Below the pieces are notes generated by a model. It had not been told where the DNA came from, did not search any database, and saw only the letters and a program-made list of their open reading frames with translations. Below, in pieces: positions 1 through 8,013 of a stretch of 35,658 nucleotides of DNA (within the stretch, counting starts at the first letter, position 1; each line of letters starts with the position of its first letter). The position numbers were made by a program, and so were the translations under genes. This DNA comes from an uncultured archaeon (GTDB lineage Archaea > Asgardarchaeota > Thorarchaeia > Thorarchaeales > Thorarchaeaceae): assembly GCA_964590575.1 (NCBI GenBank), contig CAZPWM010000029.1:1-35658 (forward strand). Reading direction: 5' to 3'.

Positions 1-1
1 A

Positions 2-820
2 GAGAGCGACATTGAGTTTGCCCTTAGTCTGACTTCTGCAGAGGGGTGGTCAAGCACAAGGTTGGATTTTGAGGAGCTACTAGAGTATGACCCTCATGCA
101 TGTTTCGTGGCCGATATAGATGATGAGTCAATTGGAATGGTCTGCGCTGTGCCTTACAATGGATTTGGCTACGTTAGCAATCTCATAGTTCTCGAGAAGC
201 ACCGACATGAAAGGCATGGAACAAAACTGATGGAATTTGCCATTAATTATCTCAAGAAGAGAAATGCGATGTCCCAGCTACTTGATGGTGTCCAAAAAGC
301 AGTCACATTGTATGAACGAATGGGGTTTAGAAAGATTTGCAAATCCCTGCGACTTGAAGGATATATCGAACCAAAAGAGTCCGATGATGTCAGGCAAATG
401 ACAAACAGTGATTTAGAAATAATAGATCAATTTGATACGAGAGTATTTGGTGCTTGTCGAAAGAAATTCATTCAATCTAGACTGAAACACTTTCCTAAAT
501 TATGTAAAGTCTTAGAGATAGATGGAGAGATGTGCGGGTACATCATGGGAAGTGAAAGAAAAGATTTCATCAGGATTGGTCCATGGGTTATGGCCCATCA
601 TTTCGAGTGTGCGGATGATTTGTTGAGGGCTTTTGCTACAGAAACTAGGAAGAAAATCCTGAAGATTGGAGTTCTTGAGAATAACAATCATGCAATCGAG
701 CTACTACATTGTCACAATTTCATTCAAACCACTTATTCATGGAGAATGATTAGAGGACAGGAAGGCGACTGGACCCTCTCCAATCACCTCTATGCAATAT
801 GCTCTCCTGCACGTGGTTAG
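2..820 (+). CDS. GNAT family N-acetyltransferase with a second C-terminal GNAT-like domain (5' truncated)
   Basis: The frame is open from base 2 (ESDIEFALSLTSAEGWSSTRLDF...), so the true start is outside the window. It has the acetyl-CoA motif LIVLEKHRHERHGTKLM, LYERMGF, and a second domain with RIGPW. Confidence 0.85.
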   Translation, partial: ESDIEFALSLTSAEGWSSTRLDFEELLEYDPHACFVADIDDESIGMVCAVPYNGFGYVSNLIVLEKHRHERHGTKLMEFAINYLKKRNAMSQLLDGVQKAVTLYERMGFRKICKSLRLEGYIEPKESDDVRQMTNSDLEIIDQFDTRVFGACRKKFIQSRLKHFPKLCKVLEIDGEMCGYIMGSERKDFIRIGPWVMAHHFECADDLLRAFATETRKKILKIGVLENNNHAIELLHCHNFIQTTYSWRMIRGQEGDWTLSNHLYAICSPARG

Positions 821-1989
821 TTTCTTCCTCGACGACGTTTCGCATCCTCCACCATCTGACCTAGATTCAAGTTGGAAACTCTGTCTGCTATCATTGGAGA
901 AATGACCAAGAAAACTGCGGCAAAGATTCCAATTACTAGGAAGTCGATAGGCAGTGTTACATATCCACCTTCAACAAACATTCGAATTAGTGAACGATAG
1001 ACGTTAGATACTGGAAGGTATTCGTTGAAAGTTCCAAACGATGCACCGACAAGTTCCAAGGGAGCGATTCCACCTCCGACAATCCAGTAGAATACACCTC
1101 CGAGAGCAGCTACAGGCACAACAAAGACAGAGTTTCTGAAGAATGCACCAGTGATAATACCAATTCCTGAACAGAAGAGAGCCAATAGAAACGTTAGTAA
1201 TAGAAATGTCAGAATCTCGCCATTTGGCCAGACGCCAAACAGAAGATAACTGAGAATAAACAGAAATGGAACCGCAGCGAAACTGATTACTACTCCACTA
1301 AGCATCTTACCTGTGTAGATAGCAATCGGTGATTGGTTAGAAAGAGTGAGTTCATCCATTGTTTCTTGCTCAAACTCTTGGGTCATAGCAGAGCCAGCTG
1401 CAAAAATGGCACCAAACATGACAGAATAGACGGAGAGTGTCCAAGCCATATATGCAAGTCTAGGTGGTGTAAATGGTCTAAGATTTACCATCTTGAAATC
1501 AGCCAGTGAGTCATTCAGTAGATAAGTCTGGTAGAATATATCCAACTTTCGTATAACAGGCATTCTAAGGTTCTTTGTGAGGTCCTCGTGTATATTAGCG
1601 ACTTGGATATGGATAGAAACTGATTCATTATTGGTCAATGCATCCTCGAATCCATCAGGTATTGTAATTACAAGAAGAATATCCCCATTCTGAAAGAGTC
1701 TGTTTGCAGTTTCTGCATCCATCAAAATTGGGTCCAATCTCGGAGGAACTGGGTCATACTCACCTAAGATTTCGATCAGTCCATCTGTATAGACTCCAGG
1801 ATTCTGTTCATTCAATACAACAGCGGTTTCAACTCCACTTCCGAAATAGACTCCGCCCATGAGACCTCCAAACCCAGCAAAGAACATGAGTGGCAGGAGA
1901 ATGACCAGTACAATCTTCTGGGGATTTCTTCTCCATACTCGAATCTCTTTGACGAAGCTGGCTTTGACAACTCTGAATGATATCATCAT
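817..1989 (-). CDS. ABC-2 type transporter permease
   Basis: Starts KEIRVWRRNP, followed by a TM helix, an extracellular domain with ITIPDGF, the EFEQETMDELTLS motif and several C-terminal TM helices. Confidence 0.9.
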   Translation of the reverse strand: MMISFRVVKASFVKEIRVWRRNPQKIVLVILLPLMFFAGFGGLMGGVYFGSGVETAVVLNEQNPGVYTDGLIEILGEYDPVPPRLDPILMDAETANRLFQNGDILLVITIPDGFEDALTNNESVSIHIQVANIHEDLTKNLRMPVIRKLDIFYQTYLLNDSLADFKMVNLRPFTPPRLAYMAWTLSVYSVMFGAIFAAGSAMTQEFEQETMDELTLSNQSPIAIYTGKMLSGVVISFAAVPFLFILSYLLFGVWPNGEILTFLLLTFLLALFCSGIGIITGAFFRNSVFVVPVAALGGVFYWIVGGGIAPLELVGASFGTFNEYLPVSNVYRSLIRMFVEGGYVTLPIDFLVIGIFAAVFLVISPMIADRVSNLNLGQMVEDAKRRRGRN

Positions 1990-3119
1990 GTTCGTTCAAC
2001 CTCCTTCTTCATCAGCCGTATGACTACAGCGGATATCACTATCCAAGTGCCAAGTAGATACAGTGTGCTGGTAGTCAATCCGAGAAGTGTATCAGAGAAG
2101 AAGACGCGAGGCCATAGGAAGAGTGAGTGTGTTGTTGGCAAAATCCCCATTCCTAACCGAATGAGTGCAGGGGAGAGACCAATAGGAGCCATGCCACCGC
2201 CCAATATAAATCCAGTAACAGTGAATAACACAGCAGCAAGGAGAGCTTGTTCTCGGTTGCGAATCTTCATACCAATCAATTCACCAATAGGAACTAAGGC
2301 TAAGATTGTCAACAGGAGTATCCCAAATAGGACGAGAATGTTGCCTTTTGGAAAGACATTCATGCTAAAACAGATGATGGGAGCAGAGATCAAGAGAGCC
2401 GAGAATGACCTGGGGATAGCTGCAATTGTTCGTCCGAGTATCAGTGCTAGGCGGGGTGTTGGGGAGTTCAAAGTATCTTGCAGGGCTTCTGTTTCGAACT
2501 CGGTGGCTGTCAACATAGCTTGACTTGCTAGGGAACATGCTATGAGTGAGAGAAGTATTGCGACTGCTGCCATATATTCAGCGTTCGAGGGTGTTGCCAT
2601 AAGGCTGAATGATTCGCTGATTGATATTGGAGCACCTGACTGGTCAAAGTCGGGATATACAGCCCCTTGATTGAAAAGTAGTACTGCAGCTTCGAGTCTA
2701 TGAACATAATTTTTGACAATATCATCATTAGCGTTATTGATAAACATCGTAACTGTTGCATTTTGACCTGATGTAATGTTTTCCCCAAACCCCTCTGGAA
2801 TCAGAATGTATGCAATCAATTCGGTATTGCGGTATAACTCATCAGCAGTATCAAGATCAAATCTTTCGATGCTAAACCACGTGTGATTTGTTGTAGAGAC
2901 CATATTCTCAATAATTCCCGCCATGTTGTTAGCTTCTGGTGAAGTATCTTCAATAACAAGACCACAGGCAAAAGACTCACCACCACCTACTGAAGCCCAC
3001 ATTATAGTGAAAACAAGAAGGAAAGCAAAAGGAATTATTAAACTTGGACCAAGAAACTTAGGATCTCGTTTTGCTTGCTTCAAGTCCTTTTTCACGATAG
3101 CGATTATCTCTCGTAGCAT
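1986..3119 (-). CDS. ABC-2 type transporter permease
   Basis: Motifs KKDLKQAKRD, ILIPEGF, EFETEALQDTLNSP and LPTTH; overlaps the next permease by 4 nt. Confidence 0.9.
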   Translation of the reverse strand: MLREIIAIVKKDLKQAKRDPKFLGPSLIIPFAFLLVFTIMWASVGGGESFACGLVIEDTSPEANNMAGIIENMVSTTNHTWFSIERFDLDTADELYRNTELIAYILIPEGFGENITSGQNATVTMFINNANDDIVKNYVHRLEAAVLLFNQGAVYPDFDQSGAPISISESFSLMATPSNAEYMAAVAILLSLIACSLASQAMLTATEFETEALQDTLNSPTPRLALILGRTIAAIPRSFSALLISAPIICFSMNVFPKGNILVLFGILLLTILALVPIGELIGMKIRNREQALLAAVLFTVTGFILGGGMAPIGLSPALIRLGMGILPTTHSLFLWPRVFFSDTLLGLTTSTLYLLGTWIVISAVVIRLMKKEVERT

Positions 3120-3120
3120 G

Positions 3121-4092
3121 TTAATCCCTCAATGTCGAACCAGTGATTGCCAGAAACACATCACCAAGGGAGGGTTCTCTCATCGAAGCTTGTTTGACAA
3201 CGAGACCATTCTCAGTGAGTCGACCAATTACGAGTGGTAAGTCTGAGTGTCCCATCTGACTACGAATCCATGCAGTGCGTGGACCTCCATTTAGTGGGTC
3301 AGAAACTTTTTCAACGTCGAGCTTAACTTTCTCAGTTAGCCATTCAGAGCCAACAGTAGATTCCATGCCTTCGATCAAAACTTCAATTAGATAGTCCCCA
3401 ACATACTCACGCTTAAGATCGCTGGGAGTGCCAGTGGCAACAAGGCGTCCATTGTCAATGACAATAACTCGGTCAGCTAATGCCTCTGCCTCATCCATAT
3501 AGTTCGTACAGAAGATAACAGTACGACCCTCATCCTTTATCTTCCGAACTTGATTCCAAATCAGATTCCGACTCTGAACATCCACTCCTAATGACATCTC
3601 ATCCAGTATCAACAGTTCCGAGTCATGAAGAATTGAGCGTACAAGGGCAAGCCTTCGTTTCATTCCTCCAGAGTATGTCTTCACCAAGTCATCCTTGCGG
3701 TGCGTGAGTCCCGCTAATTCCAGCATCTTTGTGATGCGAGTTTTCACCTCTGTTTTTGGGACTCCATACAACTCTGCGTGATATTCGAGGGCTTCATATG
3801 CAGTAAGGTCTTGGTAGAGTGCAGTTTCTTGCGGCATGAACCCTATCAGTTTACGGATTGAGTCTAGATTGTCTGTAACCTCAAGCCCAGAAACTTTCAC
3901 ACTGCCAGAGGATGGATTCAATATTCCGGTAATCAGTTTAACAGTAGTGGATTTGCCAGCCCCATTGGGACCTAAGAGACCTATAATCTCTCCTTTCTCT
4001 ACTGAGAAAGAAAGTTCATCCAGAGCTTTGTGACCGCCTTTGTAGATGTGCGTCAGATGTGATACTTCAACCATCGAGGTCAGTTGAACCAC
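3121..4092 (-). CDS. ABC transporter ATP-binding protein (DrrA/NodI-like)
   Basis: Walker A GPNGAGKS, signature YSGGM, Walker B LILDE, and C-terminal PSLGDVFLAITG. Confidence 0.95.
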   Translation of the reverse strand: MVQLTSMVEVSHLTHIYKGGHKALDELSFSVEKGEIIGLLGPNGAGKSTTVKLITGILNPSSGSVKVSGLEVTDNLDSIRKLIGFMPQETALYQDLTAYEALEYHAELYGVPKTEVKTRITKMLELAGLTHRKDDLVKTYSGGMKRRLALVRSILHDSELLILDEMSLGVDVQSRNLIWNQVRKIKDEGRTVIFCTNYMDEAEALADRVIVIDNGRLVATGTPSDLKREYVGDYLIEVLIEGMESTVGSEWLTEKVKLDVEKVSDPLNGGPRTAWIRSQMGHSDLPLVIGRLTENGLVVKQASMREPSLGDVFLAITGSTLRD

Positions 4093-4127
4093 CTGTGTTC
4101 TAAAGGAACTCTAAAACATATGGGTGT

Positions 4128-4150
4128 GTTGTCACCATTATAGTAACAAC
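4128..4150. promoter_or_regulatory. Palindromic operator GTTGTCAC-N7-GTAACAAC
   Basis: Near-perfect dyad in the divergent ABC/wHTH spacer; same core and spacing as the site at 4468-4494. Confidence 0.6.
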
Positions 4151-4190
4151 TAATACTTCATTACAGCTTGCTAGTTATTCGAGAAGTGTT

Positions 4191-4466
4191 ATGATGCTCG
4201 AGTTTCTCACAAAACCTGATGTCAGAGAGGTACTATTTCAGTTGATTTGGGGGGACAGGTTTGAGAAGGATCTCAAATCCAATATGACTTCTACTAAGAG
4301 TTTTGACATGATTCGTGGTAGACTCGTAGAAGAGGAGTTAGTATACGCTTTTCGGGGGGAGAACAATAACCCCTATCTCTCTTTGACTGACAAAGGAATA
4401 GCAATCGTAAATCGTCTTTATGAGATTGAGAGAATTATTGAAGGAGACGATGTAGACAGCGACTGA
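4191..4466 (+). CDS. Small winged helix-turn-helix protein
   Basis: 91 aa; LVEEELV...YLSLTDKG wing signature. Confidence 0.7.
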   Translation: MMLEFLTKPDVREVLFQLIWGDRFEKDLKSNMTSTKSFDMIRGRLVEEELVYAFRGENNNPYLSLTDKGIAIVNRLYEIERIIEGDDVDSD

Positions 4467-4467
4467 C

Positions 4468-4494
4468 TGTGTGTCACTTTTGGAGTGACACGCA
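4468..4494. promoter_or_regulatory. Palindromic operator TGTCAC-N7-GTGACA upstream of the TrmB gene
   Basis: gtgtcact-tttgg-agtgacac dyad immediately upstream of a TATA-like CTTAATAT at 4496-4503. Confidence 0.6.
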
Positions 4495-4534
4495 TCTTAA
4501 TATTCTGAGCTGTCTTTAACAACTGGGTGGTTGT

Positions 4535-5368
4535 TTGGTTCAGGACACTATCGTTGATGATCTTACTAGTCTCGGTTTAACTAAGAATGAAGCAAAAGCC
4601 TACCATGCACTAGTCAAGACTGGGAGAGCTACAGCCAGAGAGATTGCAGAGGAGTCTGGGATTCCACGCAGCAAGGTCTACGAGACCCTTGACCTGCTCG
4701 ACAAGCGAGGAATCATTAAGAAAGTGGCAGGCAGCGATCCTACTGAGTTTAATCCAGCTCCAGTAGATGCTGCACTGGACCATTTGGAGGAGAAGGTCAA
4801 GAGTTCTGCCTCAAGTGCACGGAAGGTTCTGCAAGGACTCCAAGCCATGCGGGATACGGAGTCGAAGGAGTTTGCATGGGCTGTAGAAGGGATGGAACAG
4901 GTCATTGTTGGGATGAGAACAGCCATCGAGGAAGCTCAGGAGTATGTGTTCATTGCCTCTGCATCTCCTGATCTCCTAGGAAGACTGAGAGGTTCATTCA
5001 GCAATGCAAGGAGTCGTGAAGTGAAGATAGAGGTGTTCACAACAACCCTTGGAGCTCAAGAGATTGCAGGACTTGAGCACTACCTCAAAGTGACAGTAAT
5101 CATGCCAAGCAAGGAGGTTCTCATGGAAAGCTTCAAAGAAGTCTTTCAAGCACCTGATTTGGACAAATTCGAGATGGAACCGTCACGAATGCTAATCATG
5201 AATGTAGACGGAAGGGAGAGTATAGGAGTATTCCTTCCGCCTGATGATACATCACATCCCTGGGCTCTTCACATTAGAAGCAGGCTAGTTGTCATGATCC
5301 AATGGCAAGTTGTCAAGACTGTCCTTTCAGGGGTGGAGGCAATGATACAGGGTGCTCTTTTAGGATGA
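4535..5368 (+). CDS. TrmB family transcriptional regulator
   Basis: LGLTKNEAKAYHAL...TAREIAEESGIPRSKVYETL HTH, plus a C-terminal effector domain. Confidence 0.92.
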   Translation: MVQDTIVDDLTSLGLTKNEAKAYHALVKTGRATAREIAEESGIPRSKVYETLDLLDKRGIIKKVAGSDPTEFNPAPVDAALDHLEEKVKSSASSARKVLQGLQAMRDTESKEFAWAVEGMEQVIVGMRTAIEEAQEYVFIASASPDLLGRLRGSFSNARSREVKIEVFTTTLGAQEIAGLEHYLKVTVIMPSKEVLMESFKEVFQAPDLDKFEMEPSRMLIMNVDGRESIGVFLPPDDTSHPWALHIRSRLVVMIQWQVVKTVLSGVEAMIQGALLG

Positions 5369-5617
5369 TTGAAATATAGAAGTCTTAGGACAACATATCC
5401 TACATCATGGATTTCGTGTTTTGATTCATATTTTAGCCAATCAAGAGAAGAAACATGCTTTTTGCTGCAAAAACACTCCTAGAACACATCCCTGACAAAG
5501 CGAAGGATGTTGAAGTCACATATGTTATGAATGAAACCTTCTATCAAGTTATATTCAGAAAATAGATTGCAATTCCGGTGATAATGCACCAAATGGTCAT
5601 TTCGATTATATCGTCGT

Positions 5618-5661
5618 AAAAAGAATAGAAGCGCTCAGGTGGCCTCCCACATGAGCACTTC
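5618..5661 (-). terminator. Hairpin plus U-rich tract terminating the micro-ORF cassette
   Basis: Minus strand reads GAAGTGCTCA-t-GTGG-gagg-CCAC-c-TGAGCGCTTC followed by TATTCTTTTT. Confidence 0.65.
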
Positions 5662-5751
5662 TTCAACAGTTACATCTCGTTGCTTAGTGGAACTAACAGG
5701 ACGTTCCTCTTTCCCTGAGGCAGAGCTCATGGTTTCGTTGTTTCGGGACAT
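5635..5751 (-). CDS. Micro-ORF 3, 38 aa (MSRNNETMSSASGKEERPVSSTKQRDVTVEEVLMWEAT)
   Basis: ATG 6 nt after the ORF2 stop, with AGGT SD-like sequence upstream. Its 3' end overlaps the terminator hairpin. Confidence 0.4.
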   Translation of the reverse strand: MSRNNETMSSASGKEERPVSSTKQRDVTVEEVLMWEAT

Positions 5752-5757
5752 TGTGAT

Positions 5758-5847
5758 CTACCTGTGCATGTAGGAGTGAGTGATAGCGTCTGTTGAGATT
5801 TCTTTCTTAAGCGCGGACTTCCTCTTGATTGTTTTTTCTAGTGCCAT
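5758..5847 (-). CDS. Micro-ORF 2, 29 aa (MALEKTIKRKSALKKEISTDAITHSYMHR)
   Basis: Strong SD GGAGGT 8 nt before the ATG; shares TDAIxxxYxxR with micro-ORF 1. Confidence 0.6.
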   Translation of the reverse strand: MALEKTIKRKSALKKEISTDAITHSYMHR

Positions 5848-5853
5848 AATGCT

Positions 5854-5961
5854 TTACCTCCGATAGATGTATGCGTACCCGATAGCGTCAGTTGTGTAAA
5901 CCTTCGCAATCTTGTTTTCCAACTTCTCTCGCCTGTTGTTAGTGTGTTTCATGCGATGCAT
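5854..5961 (-). CDS. Micro-ORF 1, 35 aa (MHRMKHTNNRREKLENKIAKVYTTDAIGYAYIYRR); alternative start 5952
   Basis: Lies about 33 nt downstream of a BRE-TATA, with GTGAT SD-like sequence upstream; shares TDAIxxxYxxR with micro-ORF 2. Confidence 0.6.
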   Translation of the reverse strand: MHRMKHTNNRREKLENKIAKVYTTDAIGYAYIYRR

Positions 5962-5993
5962 TGTTTATCACTAGACTAATACACACCATTTAT

Positions 5994-6006
5994 CTATATA
6001 AGGTTT
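5994..6006 (-). promoter_or_regulatory. Archaeal BRE-TATA promoter for the micro-ORF cassette
   Basis: Minus strand AAACCTTATATAG. Confidence 0.6.
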
Positions 6007-6102
6007 GTTAACCAAACTATATTCATATTATAATGTTGTCATTAAACCATTAAATAAGAAATGATTCTTTAACTGTACTGATAATGTGATAATGACTTCA
6101 TC

Positions 6103-6115
6103 AACAAACTTATAT
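6103..6115 (+). promoter_or_regulatory. Archaeal BRE-TATA promoter for the ArsR-like regulator
   Basis: AACAAACTTATAT, nearly the mirror image of the divergent promoter. Confidence 0.5.
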
Positions 6116-6256
6116 TGTCCCTCCTATCATTAAAATATGGATTTGGAGTGTAACACGCTTCTAGTGGGGTCTAATTCCAGAACCCGCGAGGAAAATGTCA
6201 ACAGACGATTCGAATCGCTTGATGGATGGATCAAAATTGCATTGGTGAATATTAAC

Positions 6257-7012
6257 ATGGGCGATGACTTTGAAACCACTGAAACCACGGACAGCCTTGA
6301 AGGGATTGTTGTAACGAAAGAGGGAAAAATTCCTCAAAGAGAGATTGTTTTTGTAACCAATGAAGAAATGGCTGCTGTTCTGGATGAGGTTGTTCGTTAC
6401 AACATTTTGCAAACTCTACGCAAAGGCATTGAGGATACTCATACAACAAAAACCATTGACAAGGCAACTGGAGATACGATTATCCGGCAAAAAGTCGTCA
6501 AACGTGATGTTCTATCAGTTGTTGAGATTGTTAAACTGTCACCAAACTGCTGTCAGGAAAGTGAAGAGATCACAAAGAATCAGGTCTACCACCATTTACC
6601 GAAACTGATCGAGTATGGATACGTTATCAAATATGGCACAATTACAAAGGGGAAACGGAGTACAGACTATTATCGTAGAACTGCGAAAGGATTCATGTTA
6701 ACTACGGGCGCTTGGGGTATTGATCAGAAACGTATCCGGGAAAAGCTGGAAAGTTTTACAGACAAGATGCTTGAAACCTTCAATCTAAAGGTCTCCAAAG
6801 AGAAACGTGATGAGCTACTTAATCTGAGCACCAAAAGAGTTCAGATGCAGTATGAATGGAGGACAAAGATTGCTGAGATGGTCAATCTAGATATAGCCAA
6901 CAAAGAAACACTCTCAATGTACGAGATGCTTTTGGATTACTATTCTGTGGGTTCAAAAGAATATATGGATACCATCTATAAAATCAGAGCTATTCTCTTC
7001 CCTGAACATTAG
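6257..7012 (+). CDS. ArsR-like winged-helix transcriptional regulator with a helical C-terminal domain (alternative start 6137)
   Basis: LDEVVRYNILQTLR...TKNQVYHHLPKLIEYGYV...YYRRTAK pattern. SD GGTGA at 6244-6248 favours the ATG at 6257. Confidence 0.8.
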   Translation: MGDDFETTETTDSLEGIVVTKEGKIPQREIVFVTNEEMAAVLDEVVRYNILQTLRKGIEDTHTTKTIDKATGDTIIRQKVVKRDVLSVVEIVKLSPNCCQESEEITKNQVYHHLPKLIEYGYVIKYGTITKGKRSTDYYRRTAKGFMLTTGAWGIDQKRIREKLESFTDKMLETFNLKVSKEKRDELLNLSTKRVQMQYEWRTKIAEMVNLDIANKETLSMYEMLLDYYSVGSKEYMDTIYKIRAILFPEH

Positions 7013-7043
7013 TCTTCAAAGACAGAAGAAGTGTGCAGCAGTC

Positions 7044-7418
7044 TTACACATGTCCACGCAGCTGTATAACAGTTTTCTTGATATCGAAGATTGTGAGTTC
7101 AGGAACTGCTGAGGGGGCTGCAAAGGCAATCACCCAACTATTCTCATCGATCAGTACTAGTATGAGATGACCTTTGTTATCATCAGCAGTTGCTATGTAC
7201 GAGTCATTGGAAGATGCCACACGTTTGTATGTCACTCCCCCAGCGGACACAGTCGGTGCGTCTTTATCAGCGGATTTTAAAATCCCGTCAATCTCTTCAA
7301 CTAGGTTCCAGTTCTCTGTCTGCCAGATGATTGTACCATCTTTTGCGACTGCGAATGCATGAATCTTAGGATTGTTTGCAAAGAGAAGATTCCATTCATT
7401 TCCTATTACTAGAGCCAA
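7044..7418 (-). CDS. Profilin-like protein (Asgard profilin family, divergent paralog)
   Basis: 124 aa; AFAVAKDGTIIWQTENWNL...GGVTY...IAT...KGHLIL...VIAFAAP matches the recalled Asgard profilin pattern. Confidence 0.75.
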   Translation of the reverse strand: MALVIGNEWNLLFANNPKIHAFAVAKDGTIIWQTENWNLVEEIDGILKSADKDAPTVSAGGVTYKRVASSNDSYIATADDNKGHLILVLIDENSWVIAFAAPSAVPELTIFDIKKTVIQLRGHV

Positions 7419-7447
7419 ACTAAAACCACCATCTTCAGTGAAGTAAG

Positions 7448-7476
7448 AGGGGAGAACTGTGTTGAAGTTTTCCCCT
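7448..7476 (-). terminator. Intergenic stem-loop between the profilin paralogs
   Basis: AGGGGAAAACT-tcaacac-AGTTCTCCCCT, 10 of 11 positions paired, followed by a pyrimidine-rich tract. Confidence 0.5.
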
Positions 7477-7499
7477 AAAACAATCTCACTCAGAAAATT

Positions 7500-7886
7500 C
7501 TAAATCTTACCTCTGAGGGTCTTCGCAGCACGGTCTACATCAACATAGACTCCATCTGGTTGAGCCTGAGCATCAGCCCATGCTACAACCCATCTGTCGC
7601 CTGTTGTTTCGATTTTGGTAAGTAGTAGAATTCCACTTCCTTGAACGTTTCGAGCAACTAGGCTCTCCGGAGTAGAACGCATTGTTGAATATTTTACTTG
7701 ATTCTGAACAATGCTGCTTGCGCGAGACTTCACAGCAGCCATCAAACCTGCTGCATCAGCTGTCAAGTCCCAATTATTACTCTGCCAAAGGACTTGTCCA
7801 GACTCGGAAATCACTCCAAAGGCTTGGACCATGTTGCCTGAACTGTTGTATGCTTGTGTATATGCATCCATTACAGGATCGCTCAT
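7500..7886 (-). CDS. Profilin (Asgard type)
   Basis: 128 aa; FGVISESGQVLWQSNNWDL...VKYSTMRSTPESLVARNVQGSG...WVVAW; strong SD GGGGTGA. Confidence 0.8.
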   Translation of the reverse strand: MSDPVMDAYTQAYNSSGNMVQAFGVISESGQVLWQSNNWDLTADAAGLMAAVKSRASSIVQNQVKYSTMRSTPESLVARNVQGSGILLLTKIETTGDRWVVAWADAQAQPDGVYVDVDRAAKTLRGKI

Positions 7887-8013
7887 CGTAATTCACCCCG
7901 TATAAATACGGTCTATGGAAACTCGGCGCAGCCTCTCCAAATAAACAAATCCTTGATGGCCCCGGATGTCAAAATTCAAACAGACTCATATGCGTACGCG
8001 CAATCTGAACATT

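Noticed and set aside
62-64. TTG at 62 as the GNAT start
   Set aside because: The frame is open and protein-like from base 2, so the gene begins outside the window.
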